A stretch of 60,991 nt of DNA, the filler included. It is 5 parts of 5 records of this genome, joined end to end, with 100 filler letters (N's around TTAATTAATTAA, not from the genome) between each part and the next. Parts side by side here need not be neighbours in the genome. Positions count along the whole stretch, not along the records: positions 41,100 to 47,705 come from SRR31147125_2230; positions 47,806 to 55,253 come from SRR31147125_2232; 3 more parts are not named here. One strand, written 5' to 3'. A program made the position numbers and the translations under genes. Below, piece by piece: positions 41,989 to 51,914 of the stretch. The notes beneath the pieces are model-generated. The model saw only the letters and a program-made list of their open reading frames with translations. It was not told the origin of the DNA and did not search any database. The first letter of the stretch is position 1, and each line of letters opens with the position of its first letter.

Positions 41989-43194
41989 ATGAAAATCACT
42001 AAAGTTGATGTTTTTCAGGTAAATGATCCAACAAACCCAATATGGAAACCTGTCTTTTGTAGAATTTATACTGATGAAGGGATTTATGGTGATGGTGAAG
42101 CTGCAATGGCATACGGTGTAGGTTCAACTGGAGCATATGGAATGGTTCAGGATTTAGCCAAACTGATTATTGGAATGGATCCACTAGATAATGAAGTTAT
42201 CTGGAACAAAATGTATAGAACAACATTTTGGGGGCAAAATGGTGGCGGAGTTTTCTCAGCTGGAATGAGTGCAATTGATTTAGCCTTGTGGGATATCAAA
42301 GGGAAGTTTTTTAAGGTTCCTGTATATAAGTTACTTGGAGGAAAAAGGCAAGATAACTTAAGAACATATGCAAGTCAACTACAATTTGGTTGGCAGGATT
42401 CTATGGAAGCAGCATATACACTGGAAGATTATGTTAAATATGGTAAAAAAGCTGTTGCTGAGGGATATGATTGCCTTAAATATGATTTCTTTATGTATAA
42501 AGAATCTCCTGAAGAGGGAAATTACAATGATATTGAAAGAACAACTCTTCTACCTCCATCAAGATTGAGAAAAATAGTTGATAGAGTCGCAGCAGTAAGA
42601 GAAGCTGTGGGTCCTGATATAGATATAATTATAGAAAATCATTCTCTACTGGATGCCCAATCATCTGTACAACTAGCTAGAGCTGTAGAGAAATACAATA
42701 TTTATTATTTTGAGGAGCCAAATACTCCTGACCCTGTAACTACAAAATACATATCTGACAATACAAATATTCCTCTGGCAAGTGGGGAGAGAATATACAC
42801 TAGATGGCAGTATGCTAGATATTTTGAAAACTCATCATTACAAGTTATCCAACCTGATTTGGGCACTTGTGGCGGAATAACCGAGGTAAAAAAGATCGCA
42901 GATATGGCATATACTTATGATGTTTCTGTACAGATTCATGCTTGTGGTAGTCCACTATCCACAGCAGCGGCTCTTCAAATAGAGTGCGTTATCCCTAACT
43001 TTATCATTCACGAGCACCATATAGTTAACCTAACACCTTTTAATAAAAAATTATGTAAATATGATTATCAACCAGTTAACGGGAAAATGAAGGTTCCTGA
43101 GTTACCTGGTCTTGGAAATGAATTATCTGACTATGTATTAGAAAATGCAACTAAAGTCACAATACTAGAAGATAAAGCTAAATGGGCGTTATAA
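41989..43194 (+). CDS. Mandelate racemase/muconate lactonizing (enolase superfamily) enzyme
   Basis: AIDLALWDIKGK, PVYKLLGG, ENH, FEEP, SGE, QPD, PGLG. Confidence 0.92.
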   Translation: MKITKVDVFQVNDPTNPIWKPVFCRIYTDEGIYGDGEAAMAYGVGSTGAYGMVQDLAKLIIGMDPLDNEVIWNKMYRTTFWGQNGGGVFSAGMSAIDLALWDIKGKFFKVPVYKLLGGKRQDNLRTYASQLQFGWQDSMEAAYTLEDYVKYGKKAVAEGYDCLKYDFFMYKESPEEGNYNDIERTTLLPPSRLRKIVDRVAAVREAVGPDIDIIIENHSLLDAQSSVQLARAVEKYNIYYFEEPNTPDPVTTKYISDNTNIPLASGERIYTRWQYARYFENSSLQVIQPDLGTCGGITEVKKIADMAYTYDVSVQIHACGSPLSTAAALQIECVIPNFIIHEHHIVNLTPFNKKLCKYDYQPVNGKMKVPELPGLGNELSDYVLENATKVTILEDKAKWAL

Positions 43195-43226
43195 GTTTAA
43201 ATTTTTTAATAGAAATAATTCATCTC

Positions 43227-43254
43227 AAAGCTGACTATAACAGTCAGCTTTTTT
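43227..43254 (+). terminator. Intrinsic terminator
   Basis: AAAGCTGACT-ATAAC-AGTCAGCTTTTTT. Confidence 0.8.
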
Positions 43255-43393
43255 ATTTTTTTTAATAAACAATTGAATATATTAACTGTTAAACAAAACT
43301 CTCATGATATAATAGAAAAAATAGCAATAAACCTTTAACTAATCCTTAGTTTATTAACTTAGGCTATTGCGCAAACTTTTGTAGGAGGTAGTT

Positions 43394-44278
43394 ATGAAAA
43401 AAATATGCTACGTTGATAAAAACATAGTCTGGACTGAAAAAAATCTAGAATTAATAACTAAGCTTAATATTGATCCTGTAGTTTACAATAGTAATACAGT
43501 AAATTTTAACGAGATAGAATATCTGCTATATCACAGCAAGTTAGCTGATGAAGAGTTAATGTTGATGAAAAATTGTAAATACATAGGAGTCAGAGCTCAC
43601 AATACTGATTATATTAATAAAAAGATTACTGAAAGTATGAGAATTCCACTTGTAGGACTTCAAACTCAGCACAGTGTGAACTCTGTTGCAGAACATACTT
43701 TTGCTTTAATATTTGCACTGGCGAAAAATCTAATAACTTCCCATAACAATGTTGCCGACAATCAGTGGAGACAGGATTTGGGACTAAATCTTGAGCTTAG
43801 CGGTAAAAAGATTGGAATAGTTGGAAACGGTAAAATCGGAAATAGAGTTGCTGAAATAGCAAAACTATTTGGCATGGATGTATTAATCGCAGGTAAAAAA
43901 GGAAAACTAAAGGAGGGCGAACTAGATATAGATGAAATATTGAGCGAGGTAGATATTTTAACTCTACATATATCAAGTAAGGCTGAAAACAGAAACTATA
44001 TAAATGCTGAAAGATTAAAGCTAATGAAAAAGGGCTCTATTTTAATAAATACAGCTAGAGGTTCCGTTATGGATTATGACGCTCTAGAAAAGGAGATAAA
44101 AGCATCCAGATTTCTCGGAGTAGGACTTGATGTATTTCCTGAAGAACCATTAAAAGAGAATAGCTTTGCTAAATATTCTAATGTTATTTTAACGCCACAC
44201 ACTGCATTTAAAACAAAAGAAACAATAGAGAACATGAATCAAGAGTTGTTAGTAAATTTAAGTAAACATATGAAATAG
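43394..44278 (+). CDS. D-isomer specific 2-hydroxyacid dehydrogenase
   Basis: GIVGNGKIG, LINTARG, LDVFPEEP, TPHTA. Confidence 0.9.
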   Translation: MKKICYVDKNIVWTEKNLELITKLNIDPVVYNSNTVNFNEIEYLLYHSKLADEELMLMKNCKYIGVRAHNTDYINKKITESMRIPLVGLQTQHSVNSVAEHTFALIFALAKNLITSHNNVADNQWRQDLGLNLELSGKKIGIVGNGKIGNRVAEIAKLFGMDVLIAGKKGKLKEGELDIDEILSEVDILTLHISSKAENRNYINAERLKLMKKGSILINTARGSVMDYDALEKEIKASRFLGVGLDVFPEEPLKENSFAKYSNVILTPHTAFKTKETIENMNQELLVNLSKHMK

Positions 44279-44372
44279 AGAAGAGAGGAAAAGTCGAATA
44301 TTCGGCAAAACAAAACCTTATTGGTCATCCTCTTCAAAACATTATACAAATATCAAAGAGAGGGTTTTAAAA

Positions 44373-45056
44373 ATGAAAGTTGCATTTATATCAGATATTC
44401 ACAGTAATTTATATGCATTAAAAAGTGTATTAAACAAATTAAAGGAAGAGAAAGTTGATAAAATATATAACTTAGGGGATATCCTTGGTTATCACTCTTT
44501 TCCAAATGAGGTAATCGAACTTCTAAAAGAAAACAGGGTTGAAAGCATATTAGGAAATCATGACTTTGATATCATCAATAACAAATATAAAAAAGATGAA
44601 AAAGATATAAAATTCTGGACTGTTACAAATTTAAAAAAAGAAAATTTAGACTATGTCAAATCACTCCCTGAATATAAAGTTATTGATATAGAAAACTATG
44701 AAATTCGTTTAGTACATGGGAGTACAGAGAGTATAACCGAGTATATATTCGCAGACAGCGAAACAGCTAAAAGAGAAATAGATAATCTACAGGAAGATAT
44801 TTTAATTTGTGCACATACCCACTTTCCATATATCAAAAAAATCAATAATAAAACTATTATAAATACTGGAAGTGTTGGAAAACCTAAAATAGGAAAACCA
44901 CATCCTAGCTATATCCTAATGGATAGCGAGGCTGACTCATTATTTCGAATTGGCTACACTGAATATGAACATGAAGAGGCAGCAGATGATATGATAAATA
45001 AAGGTCTGTCAGAAAAGCATGCAGAAGAGCTTAGAACTGGTAGTATTATAAAATAA
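44373..45056 (+). CDS. Metallophosphoesterase
   Basis: SDIHSN, LGD, GNHD, VHG, HTH, NTGSVG. Confidence 0.92.
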   Translation: MKVAFISDIHSNLYALKSVLNKLKEEKVDKIYNLGDILGYHSFPNEVIELLKENRVESILGNHDFDIINNKYKKDEKDIKFWTVTNLKKENLDYVKSLPEYKVIDIENYEIRLVHGSTESITEYIFADSETAKREIDNLQEDILICAHTHFPYIKKINNKTIINTGSVGKPKIGKPHPSYILMDSEADSLFRIGYTEYEHEEAADDMINKGLSEKHAEELRTGSIIK

Positions 45057-45186
45057 TCTCCATGTATTTTCTCTCCAAAAGTTGATACTCCAATCTATTT
45101 AAGCATATAATTTAAATGGAATGGTGTTTGCTTTGGGTTTAAGCTTTGAATAAAGTATAGTTTAAGTATAAAAAGGGGAGAAGAAG

Positions 45187-46065
45187 GTGAAAAAAATGCT
45201 CGATACAGAAAATAGAGTAGTTAAGCTGAAAGATGGAAGACTGCTTGGGTATGCTGAGTATGGTGACTTAAATGGAAAGCCAATTTTTTATTTTCACGGA
45301 TGGCCTAGCTCAAGGCTGGAAGCTAGAGATTTACATAAGAGAGCAAAGGATTTTGGTATACGAATTATTGCTATAGATAGACCAGGGATGGGTTTATCCG
45401 ATTATAAAGATGATAGAACAATACTTGAGTGGCCAAAGGATGTTGTAGAGTTAGCTGATTACTTGACAATTAACAAATTTGGAGTTCTAGGAGCTGGTTC
45501 TGGCGGTTTATACGTTTTGGCTTGTGCTCACGAGATATCCCATAAACTTAGCGCTGTTGGACTCGTCAATGCTATGTCTACACTTACAACAACAAATGCG
45601 CCTAATTTTGTACATAATCAAGAACTTAATAGAATTGCACTTGCTAGAAAATTTCCAGCTCTGGCAAAACTAATGATTTGGTGGAATCTACATAAGGTGG
45701 AGCATAGTAACGGTAATTTTTTCAAATATATAAAGGATTTCTCTGACAGTGACAAAACTCTTCTCTTAAATCGACCTGATATAAGAGAGCATTTCATAGA
45801 TATGAGACACGAGGCACATCATCATGGTTTGGAAGGAATTATACACGATATTAAACTAGAAGGACGACCACTTGGTTTTAACCTTGAGGAAATTAGTGTC
45901 GATGTATATCTATGGCAAGGGGAGGATGACAACGTTGTATATCCAGCAATGGCATATTATCTCGCCCGTGAGATACCAAAGTGCCATCCAATATTTTTAG
46001 CTCATGAGGGGCATATCTCAGCACTATCTAATCATACTGGTGAGATACTTAGTGTAATGTTATAA
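45187..46065 (+). CDS. Alpha/beta hydrolase; nucleophile motif atypical (GAGSGG)
   Basis: DGRLLGYAEYGD, FHGWP, DRPGMGLS, WQGEDD, EGH. Confidence 0.85.
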   Translation: MKKMLDTENRVVKLKDGRLLGYAEYGDLNGKPIFYFHGWPSSRLEARDLHKRAKDFGIRIIAIDRPGMGLSDYKDDRTILEWPKDVVELADYLTINKFGVLGAGSGGLYVLACAHEISHKLSAVGLVNAMSTLTTTNAPNFVHNQELNRIALARKFPALAKLMIWWNLHKVEHSNGNFFKYIKDFSDSDKTLLLNRPDIREHFIDMRHEAHHHGLEGIIHDIKLEGRPLGFNLEEISVDVYLWQGEDDNVVYPAMAYYLAREIPKCHPIFLAHEGHISALSNHTGEILSVML

Positions 46066-46223
46066 TTGATTATCGTAGAAGAACTATCTTTGATTAGGAT
46101 AGCTCTTCTTTTTTGTCATTGATAAACATTATCGGGCTTAATTTGTTGTTGATTCTCCTAATTACTTCTTTTTCTTTACTGAAAAGAAAACCGTTTTTCC
46201 GTTGAAGAAAATAAAATTAATCT

Positions 46224-47249
46224 CTATAAAATAGGGCTTAATTTTTTCCCCACAATAGGTAGTATTTGTTCCACTCTCTTCATCATCGTCTCAAACTCCT
46301 CAGGTCTAAGTGATTGAGGCCCGTCACAAAGAGCATTCTCAGGATCATTGTGCACCTCTATCATCAGTCCATCTGCTCCAACTGCGGCGGCGGCTTTTGC
46401 CAGTGATTCCACCATTGACCTCTTACCCGTTGCATGGCTTGGGTCTATAATAATAGGCAGATGAGTTAGTTGCTTAATAGCAGGGACAGCGCTCAGATCA
46501 AGAGTATTTCTAGTAAAAGTTTCAAATGTCCTAATACCTCTCTCGCATAGAATGACGTTATTGTTTCCCCCTGCCATGATGTATTCAGCAGACATTATCC
46601 ATTCCTGAATAGTTGCTGACATACCTCTCTTTAAGAATATAGGTTTATTGGTTTTTCCTAGCTCTTTTAACAGGTGGAAGTTCTGCATGTTGCGTGCTCC
46701 AACCTGTATAATATCCACTTCCTCAACAAATTTTTCTATCATATCAACGGACATTATCTCCGTTACAATTGGCAAGTTAGTTTTATTCCTAGCTTTCTTT
46801 AGCAATTCCAAGCCCTCTAACTCCATACCCTGAAAAGCATAAGGAGATGTTCTTGGCTTAAACGCTCCTCCTCTAAGCACCTGTGCACCAGAAGCTTTTA
46901 CTGCTTCAGCCACTATATTTATCTGCTCCTCTGATTCCACAGAACAAGGTCCAGCCATCACTACAAAATTTTCGCCACCTATTTTAAGGCCACCTAGCTC
47001 TATTACTGAATCAGCAGGGTGAGATTTTCTATTTGCTTTCTTAAATGGTTCTTGTATTCTCATCACTTTCTCAACGTTGGTTACTTCTTCAAACTCCTGC
47101 ATAGTTACCTGACTGGTATCTCCGTGGATATGCAGAATAATCATATTCTCCATTTGTGATTCAAACACCCTACAGTTAAATTTTTCTGCCTTCTCTATTA
47201 CTTTTTCGATATCTCTTCTACTGCAATTCTCTCTCATTTTTACTACCAT
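46224..47249 (-). CDS. aroF: DAHP synthase type I-beta with N-terminal ACT-like regulatory domain
   Basis: [44 protein letters not shown]. Confidence 0.95.
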   Translation of the reverse strand: MVVKMRENCSRRDIEKVIEKAEKFNCRVFESQMENMIILHIHGDTSQVTMQEFEEVTNVEKVMRIQEPFKKANRKSHPADSVIELGGLKIGGENFVVMAGPCSVESEEQINIVAEAVKASGAQVLRGGAFKPRTSPYAFQGMELEGLELLKKARNKTNLPIVTEIMSVDMIEKFVEEVDIIQVGARNMQNFHLLKELGKTNKPIFLKRGMSATIQEWIMSAEYIMAGGNNNVILCERGIRTFETFTRNTLDLSAVPAIKQLTHLPIIIDPSHATGKRSMVESLAKAAAAVGADGLMIEVHNDPENALCDGPQSLRPEEFETMMKRVEQILPIVGKKLSPIL

Positions 47250-47302
47250 TTCTATACACTCTCCTTAAAATATTAATTTTTTAATAAATACAGTAATATA
47301 AA

Positions 47303-47453
47303 TTAAACCGTGCTCGCTGTTGGAAAAGAAAATCACTTTTCCATCAAGTACACCCGGCAAGCATAAAGCGTTGCCCCTACAATTGATTGCTTTTGATTTT
47401 ACTTCGATCGAACGTAAGGTTCGTGCGGTGTGGCTGCATAAGTCACGGTTTAA
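47303..47453. repeat. 151-nt GC-richer element with 10-bp terminal inverted repeats (MITE/REP-like)
   Basis: TTAAACCGTG (47303-12) / CACGGTTTAA (47444-53), with four internal hairpins. Confidence 0.5.
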
Positions 47454-47463
47454 ATTTCTAATT

Positions 47464-47559
47464 AAAAAACAGCCGATTCAATTATGAATCGGCTGCTAAA
47501 TATATCCTGACATGTTTATTCTTTTAAATAAAAAAACCTGTTCAAATAAGAACAGGTTT
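47464..47559 (-). terminator. Two tandem intrinsic terminators (attenuators) upstream of aroF
   Basis: Minus strand AAACCTGTTC-N6-GAACAGGTTTTTTT (47530-59) and CAGCCGATTCA-N4-TGAATCGGCTG-TTTTTT (47464-95). Confidence 0.85.
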
Positions 47560-47621
47560 ACTTTTACTATAGTAAATTAAATATTATTGATTAATTGTTT
47601 ATTATATATCTATAAATTAAT

Positions 47622-47705
47622 CTATGGCATTACAATGAATAAACCCGATTCACTTCTATTTGATTGGTTGAAAGATTCATTATAATAATACCACCAAGTA
47701 AATCT
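47622..47705 (-). CDS. Putative aroF attenuator leader peptide, 5' end cut by the contig boundary
   Basis: ...RFTWWYYYNESFNQSNRSESGLFIVMP*, with six aromatic codons in seven positions, upstream of the terminators and aroF. Confidence 0.65.
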   Translation of the reverse strand, partial: RFTWWYYYNESFNQSNRSESGLFIVMP

Positions 47706-47805
47706 NNNNNNNNNNNNNNNNNNNNNNNNNNNNNNNNNNNNNNNNNNNNTTAATTAATTAANNNNNNNNNNNNNNNNNNNNNNNNNNNNNNNNNNNNNNN
47801 NNNNN
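47706..47805. other. Artificial contig linker
   Basis: 44 N + TTAATTAATTAA + 44 N. Confidence 0.98.
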
Positions 47806-48986
47806 AATTAAACTCAGTTTCGGGTGTTGTGTATGAATTGGGGCAGCCCTTAACTCACCGCATCAACCACATGATGTCGGGTACACGGGCACAAATTGCC
47901 ATTAAGCTATTTGGCTCAGAGGTAGAACGACTTTATTCTTTAGGTGAAGAAATAAAATCAGCGATTGAAGATGTTCCGGGTGCGGTTGATTTGGCTGTTG
48001 AGCAACAGCTCAATGTTCCTCAGGTAAAAATCATCCCAAAGGAAACCAATCTGACATCATACGGTATCACCATGAATAAGTTTAATGAGTTTGTTGAAGT
48101 TGGGCTAGGCGGATCGATAGTTGGTTCTGTTTTTGAAAAAGAAAAGATGTTCGATCTCGTTGTTCGGTTTAATGAATCGGATAGAACAACCATTAAGCAA
48201 ATTAAAGATGCACGTATTCAAACAGCATCGGGTAATTATATTCCATTTCGAAATGTTGCTGAAGTAATTTCATCATCTGGTCCGAATATAATTAATCGTG
48301 AAAATGTTAGACGCAAGTTGGTTGTTTCTGCCAATGTTGCAGAACGCGATGTTCGTGGTGTTGTTCTCGACATACAAAAAGAAATTGCCAGGGAAGTTGT
48401 CATTCCTGAAGGATATTACATTGAATATGGAGGTCAGTTTGAGAGTGAAGAGCGTGCATCTAAAACTCTCTGGATAGCCTCACTACTGGCTATACTAATC
48501 ATCTTTCTTTTACTCTATCAGGAATTTAAGAACACAGTAACCACTTCAATCATACTGCTAAACTTACCTCTTGCACTTATTGGAGGTGTATTTGCAATCT
48601 GGATCACATCCGGGGAGTTAAACATTCCTGCCATCATTGGGTTTATCACCCTTTTTGGTATTGCTACCCGAAATGGTATTCTGCTTGTTTCCCGGTACAA
48701 TACCTTAAAAGAAGATGGGCTGCCTTATTATAAAGCAGTAATTCAAGGATCAACCGATCGACTGGTTCCTATTTTAATGACTGCCCTAACTGCAGCGTTG
48801 GCATTAATACCAATGGCTATGGGTGCACATGAGGCAGGAAATGAAATTCAAAGCCCAATGGCAATTGTTATTTTAGGAGGACTACTAAGCTCTACTCTTC
48901 TCAACCTGTTTGTATTGCCCATGGTATTTATGATTCGTGAGAAACGAATGGATAATCAAGCTTCAATTTTAAATTCACACAAATGA
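47806..48986 (+). CDS. CusA/CzcA family heavy-metal RND efflux permease, C-terminal part
   Basis: INRENVRR, YGGQFE, GFITLFGIATRNG, RLVPILMTAL, PMAIVILGGL. Confidence 0.9.
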
Positions 48987-50191
48987 AAACGATAAAATTA
49001 ATCTTCATACTTGGAGGAATCGTCTTCTTTTCCTGCAATCTTGCAGCTCAGGAGGTAGCCAATCCAATCGATCCACTCTTTATTGAGATGGTTGAGCAGA
49101 ACAGCACGATGCTTAAAGCCTTTAAAAATAGAATTGAGGCCGAAAAACAGGCTTCAAAAGTAGGGCTTACTCCGTCAAACCCAGAGCTTAGCTATGCATA
49201 CATAAAAAATGGAAGTGTGTTTGGAAAAGAACTGCTCATTTCTCAGAAACTCGATTTTCCAACCGTATATAGTAATAAGCAAAAGTTATCATCAATTCAG
49301 CAAGATCGGTTGCTGGCAGAATATAAAATTTATCGCCGCAACCTGCTTGCCAAAGCTTATCGTTTATTTGCTGATTATGCGTATGCAAAACGCATGTTCT
49401 CTCACTGTGAAATCCGGGTTCAACGAGCAAATGAAATTTTCAAGCTTATGGAAAATCGCTTTAAGCTGGGCGATATATCTGCCATTGAATTGTCAAAATC
49501 GAAAATGGAAAGAGCCATTCAGGAAAGTGAATTCAGAAAGTGGGAAAGAACTATTTCATCCACAAAAAAAGGCTTGGAAAGATTTATTGGCAGCAAACCT
49601 AATAATGAGGAGAAGCTTTCCGAAATTGCAGCCAATGTTTCATTACGCACGTTTAACATCACCCAAAAGGAAGATTTGCAAGAACTCTGGATGAAACAAA
49701 ACGCTGATGTTTTAAGAAGCAAAAACGAAAGTGATTTCAGCAAACAAAACGTGGCATTAAAGAAAGCTGAAGCTTTGCCTTCATTTTCGCTTGGCTATCG
49801 GCGCGACAAGAATGAAGCCATTACGATGAACGGCTTTGAAGCCAGCATTTCAATTCCCCTATGGGAAAAAAGAAACACGGTAAAGCAAGCTAGAGCAGAA
49901 CAACTGTTTGCAGAAAGCTCTAAGCTAGATGCGGAAAACCTTGCTAAAATTGAATTTGATCAACTGTTAACGAATACATTTCAAAGTCTGCAATTAGTTA
50001 ATACACTCGATGAAGCAATTCCAAAACAGGAAAACTTAAATCGTTTAAAAAAAACACTTGAATCCGGTCATATATCAATCCTTGAATACTACAACCAGTT
50101 ATCTGTTTTCTACGAACTGGAAAACCAACTGGAAGAAGCTCAAAATGAACTTCACAGTTCCTACATTGAGCTTTTCAAACATGCTATTTAA
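48983..50191 (+). CDS. TolC family outer membrane efflux protein
   Basis: Signal peptide, NPEL, ISIPLW, GHISILEY; coupled to the RND gene. Confidence 0.85.
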   Translation: MKTIKLIFILGGIVFFSCNLAAQEVANPIDPLFIEMVEQNSTMLKAFKNRIEAEKQASKVGLTPSNPELSYAYIKNGSVFGKELLISQKLDFPTVYSNKQKLSSIQQDRLLAEYKIYRRNLLAKAYRLFADYAYAKRMFSHCEIRVQRANEIFKLMENRFKLGDISAIELSKSKMERAIQESEFRKWERTISSTKKGLERFIGSKPNNEEKLSEIAANVSLRTFNITQKEDLQELWMKQNADVLRSKNESDFSKQNVALKKAEALPSFSLGYRRDKNEAITMNGFEASISIPLWEKRNTVKQARAEQLFAESSKLDAENLAKIEFDQLLTNTFQSLQLVNTLDEAIPKQENLNRLKKTLESGHISILEYYNQLSVFYELENQLEEAQNELHSSYIELFKHAI

Positions 50192-50202
50192 GCTTTAATA
50201 CA

Positions 50203-50242
50203 AATTATGAGGGTATAACTACAGGGTCATACCCTCATAATT
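50203..50242 (+). terminator. Hairpin terminator after the tolC-like gene
   Basis: AATTATGAGGGTAT...ATACCCTCATAATT inverted repeat. Confidence 0.7.
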
Positions 50243-50355
50243 CCTACAAGCTAACCCCACGCATAAGGTTCATTCTAACTACCATTCTTTTCAACAAAAA
50301 CGATTTGTATCCATTTTGATGAATATGCTTTGAGCTTTTCAATCAAACCCATCAT

Positions 50356-50404
50356 TTTTATACAATAATCCACCTATTTTATACAATAATCCACCTGTTT
50401 TATA
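50356..50404 (+). repeat. Tandem direct repeat with 21-bp period, likely regulator binding site
   Basis: TTTTATACAATAATCCACCT at 50356 and 50377, partial at 50398, upstream of the sugar transporter. Confidence 0.7.
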
Positions 50405-50578
50405 TTTTTGAAGCCAATCTTTGTGTGTCGTGATTGAATCTACTATACAAAACAACGACTGGTAGACAACTCATTACTAACTATCGTGATTTTTTAAAAA
50501 AAACCGTATGTGAAATTTAAACAGGATATCGATTTCACCATTACTTTTAAATTAATTAAACACCATTATAATCAACTT

Positions 50579-51913
50579 ATGAAATCTCAAAAACTAAGCG
50601 TACTTGAAAAAATTGGATATGGATCGGGAGACGCAGCAGTAAATGTCGTCATCTCCTCAATGTTCCTAATTATAACCTTTTTTTATACCGATATATTTGG
50701 CATAAAACCCAAAGATGTAGCGCTGCTATTTCTTTTGGTAAGGCTTATTGATGCGGTAACCGATCCGCTAATGGGTCTTTTAACCGATAAGCTTACAACA
50801 AGGTGGGGACGTTACAGACATTATTTCCTGTTTCTTTCAGTACCTTTTGGGATCTCGGTTTTCCTAACCTTTACAACACCAGGCTTCGATTACGCTGGCA
50901 AGTTGGTTTATGCCTACATCACCTACATTTTCGTGACAATCATGTTTACCTCGGTCACTATTCCCTACATTTCCCTGATAGGTGTACTGACCAGCGATCC
51001 AAAGGAACGATTGTCTGCAAATGGATACCGGCTTTTCTTTGCTAAAATTGCTGCCTTTCTTGTATCAATTGTTGTTCCCATCATGGCAGAAGCCTTGGGT
51101 AAAAATGATATGTCAAGAGGATACCAGCTAGCAATGGGCACAATGGCTCTTTTAGGTACTCTTCTGTTTTTATTCAGCTTCTTTACCACAAAGGAACGTG
51201 TAGAACATGTTGTAGATAAAAAACCATTATTCAAGCAGTTCAGATTACTGTTTCAGAACGGCCAGTGGACCCTTTTGTTTGGTGTTTGCTTTTTCGGAAC
51301 TGTTGGCTATGTAATTCGTAATTCTGTTGCCATCTTCTATGCAAAATATTTCCTCGGAGGCGATGCAGCAATTCAGTCGTCCTTTATGGCAACCGGTGTT
51401 ACTGCTGCAATTCTGGCAATGCCAGTTTCAACATACATTACCAAACGCTATTGTAAGGTAAAACTTTTCAAGTGGTCGCAACTTGCAGTTGGAGTAATTA
51501 GTTTAGCCATGCTTTTATTGGTTAAACCGGGAAACTTGCTTTTGGCTTACCCATTGTATTTTATACTTTCTTTTGTAGTTGATTTACATGCTCCTGTATT
51601 CTGGTCAGCAATTGCAGAGGCGGTGGATTATGGACATGCAAAATCAGGTCAACGAGTTTCAGGTCTGTCTTTTGGAGGAATTTCTTTTGCTCAAAAAGCA
51701 GGTATGGGGGTAGCCGGGGCAGCTGTTGGTTACTTACTTGACTTCTTTGGTTATATTCCTGACGGGGTACAAAGTGAATATGCTCTTTTCGGACTTGCCC
51801 TTATGCTAACAGTAATTCCGGGTGTTTTTCACACCATTATGGGAGGTCTGATGTTCCGTTACAAGATTACAGATGATTTTTACAATGAACTAAAAACTAA
51901 ATTAAAAATATAA
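50579..51913 (+). CDS. GPH family MFS sugar:cation symporter
   Basis: EKIGYGSGD, DAVTDPLMG, TRWGRYR, about 12 TM segments. Confidence 0.92.
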   Translation: MKSQKLSVLEKIGYGSGDAAVNVVISSMFLIITFFYTDIFGIKPKDVALLFLLVRLIDAVTDPLMGLLTDKLTTRWGRYRHYFLFLSVPFGISVFLTFTTPGFDYAGKLVYAYITYIFVTIMFTSVTIPYISLIGVLTSDPKERLSANGYRLFFAKIAAFLVSIVVPIMAEALGKNDMSRGYQLAMGTMALLGTLLFLFSFFTTKERVEHVVDKKPLFKQFRLLFQNGQWTLLFGVCFFGTVGYVIRNSVAIFYAKYFLGGDAAIQSSFMATGVTAAILAMPVSTYITKRYCKVKLFKWSQLAVGVISLAMLLLVKPGNLLLAYPLYFILSFVVDLHAPVFWSAIAEAVDYGHAKSGQRVSGLSFGGISFAQKAGMGVAGAAVGYLLDFFGYIPDGVQSEYALFGLALMLTVIPGVFHTIMGGLMFRYKITDDFYNELKTKLKI

Positions 51914-51914
51914 G

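Noticed and set aside
47340-47362. T-box riboswitch upstream of aroF
   Set aside because: GGGTGTAC only loosely resembles the T-box motif, no terminator follows it, and no stem I motifs are visible.
50356-50404. Possible CRISPR array
   Set aside because: Repeats are directly tandem with no spacers, only about 2.3 copies, and there are no cas genes in the window.
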